Shown here: piece after piece, positions 63,663 to 64,000 of the stretch
Numbering within the stretch: position 1 is the first letter of the stretch
Layout of the letters: each line of letters opens with the position of its first letter
Assembly (NCBI RefSeq): GCF_964355755.1
Contig: NC_092672.1
Span: forward strand, 7,264,441 to 7,328,440
DNA: 64,000 nt
From: Antedon mediterranea
Lineage: Eukaryota > Animalia > Echinodermata
Reading direction: 5' to 3'
Notes under the pieces: model-generated
The model's database searches: none
What the model saw: the letters and a program-made list of their open reading frames with translations, nothing else
What the model was told of the DNA's origin: nothing
Program-made: the position numbers and the translations under genes

Positions 63663-64000
63663 TAAAGCTTGGTTCTTATTAGCGACGCAACCTACGCAAC
63701 GTAAGAACATTCCCTTCCAATAATTGTGTTTGCCCCCGCCTGCGTGAAATCAAACCTGCGATGTTTTCAGCACTGTTGCATCGTCGGTTCCCACTTGTGT
63801 TACGCAATACAGCACTTTGCGTCGATACGTCGCTGCGTAAGCGTGGTTCCCACTAGCGACGCAACGCAAGGACGTAACGCAACGCAAGTGAATTGACCAA
63901 TCACAAGCTATGGCTTATTCTCTTGTGATTGCTAACTGTCTATAACTTCGCTTGTCATTGGTTAAAACGCTTTCGTTGCGTTTACGTCCTTGCGTTACGT
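63663..64000. mobile_element. MITE family B, larger copy running off the window end (contains CCAAT-box-like gaccaatcac / cattggtt)
   Basis: Shares ..ggttcccactagcgacgcaacg.. and ..ttccaa..attgtgtttgcccc..gcctgcg.. with 3356-3474. Confidence 0.55.

Overview
This window is eukaryotic (metazoan) nuclear DNA, not prokaryotic: AT-rich (GC roughly one third by eye), with spliceosomal introns (GT-AG, plus one GC-AG) and very dense interspersed repeats. There is no CRISPR array, operon or prokaryotic defence locus. I reconstructed five protein-coding genes by hand from splice signals and conserved protein motifs. (1) The 3' eight exons of a divergent EED/ESC-family WD40 gene, plus strand, 127-3285. 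(2) A complete Nemo-like kinase gene (NLK), minus strand: 10 confidently placed coding exons (10366-42963) plus a tentative eleventh at 5185-5245, with a 12.4 kb first intron, converging on the EED-like gene. (3) An F-box/WD40 (FBXW-type) gene, minus strand, about 46008-50103, with its 3' end unresolved. (4) An intronless 539-aa cyclin-box gene carrying four tandem SUMO-interaction-motif-like Ser/Asp/Ile repeats, plus strand, 51443-53062. (5) An eight-exon alpha-carbonic anhydrase with a signal peptide and a hydrophobic C-terminal tail, plus strand, 54969-61684. The introns and intergenic DNA hold an apparently intact single-ORF CR1/L2-like LINE (15741-19487) with a head-plus-tail deletion derivative nearby. 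They also hold at least 13 copies of a palindromic MITE family, four further TIR/MITE families, tRNA-derived SINEs and a 181-bp satellite embedded in a 1.3-kb higher-order duplication that ends in a palindrome. The most novel-looking item is the intronless cyclin gene with tandem SIM-like repeats. No previously undescribed multi-gene 'system' can be supported from sequence alone. All coordinates were derived by manual indexing and may be off by a few bases.
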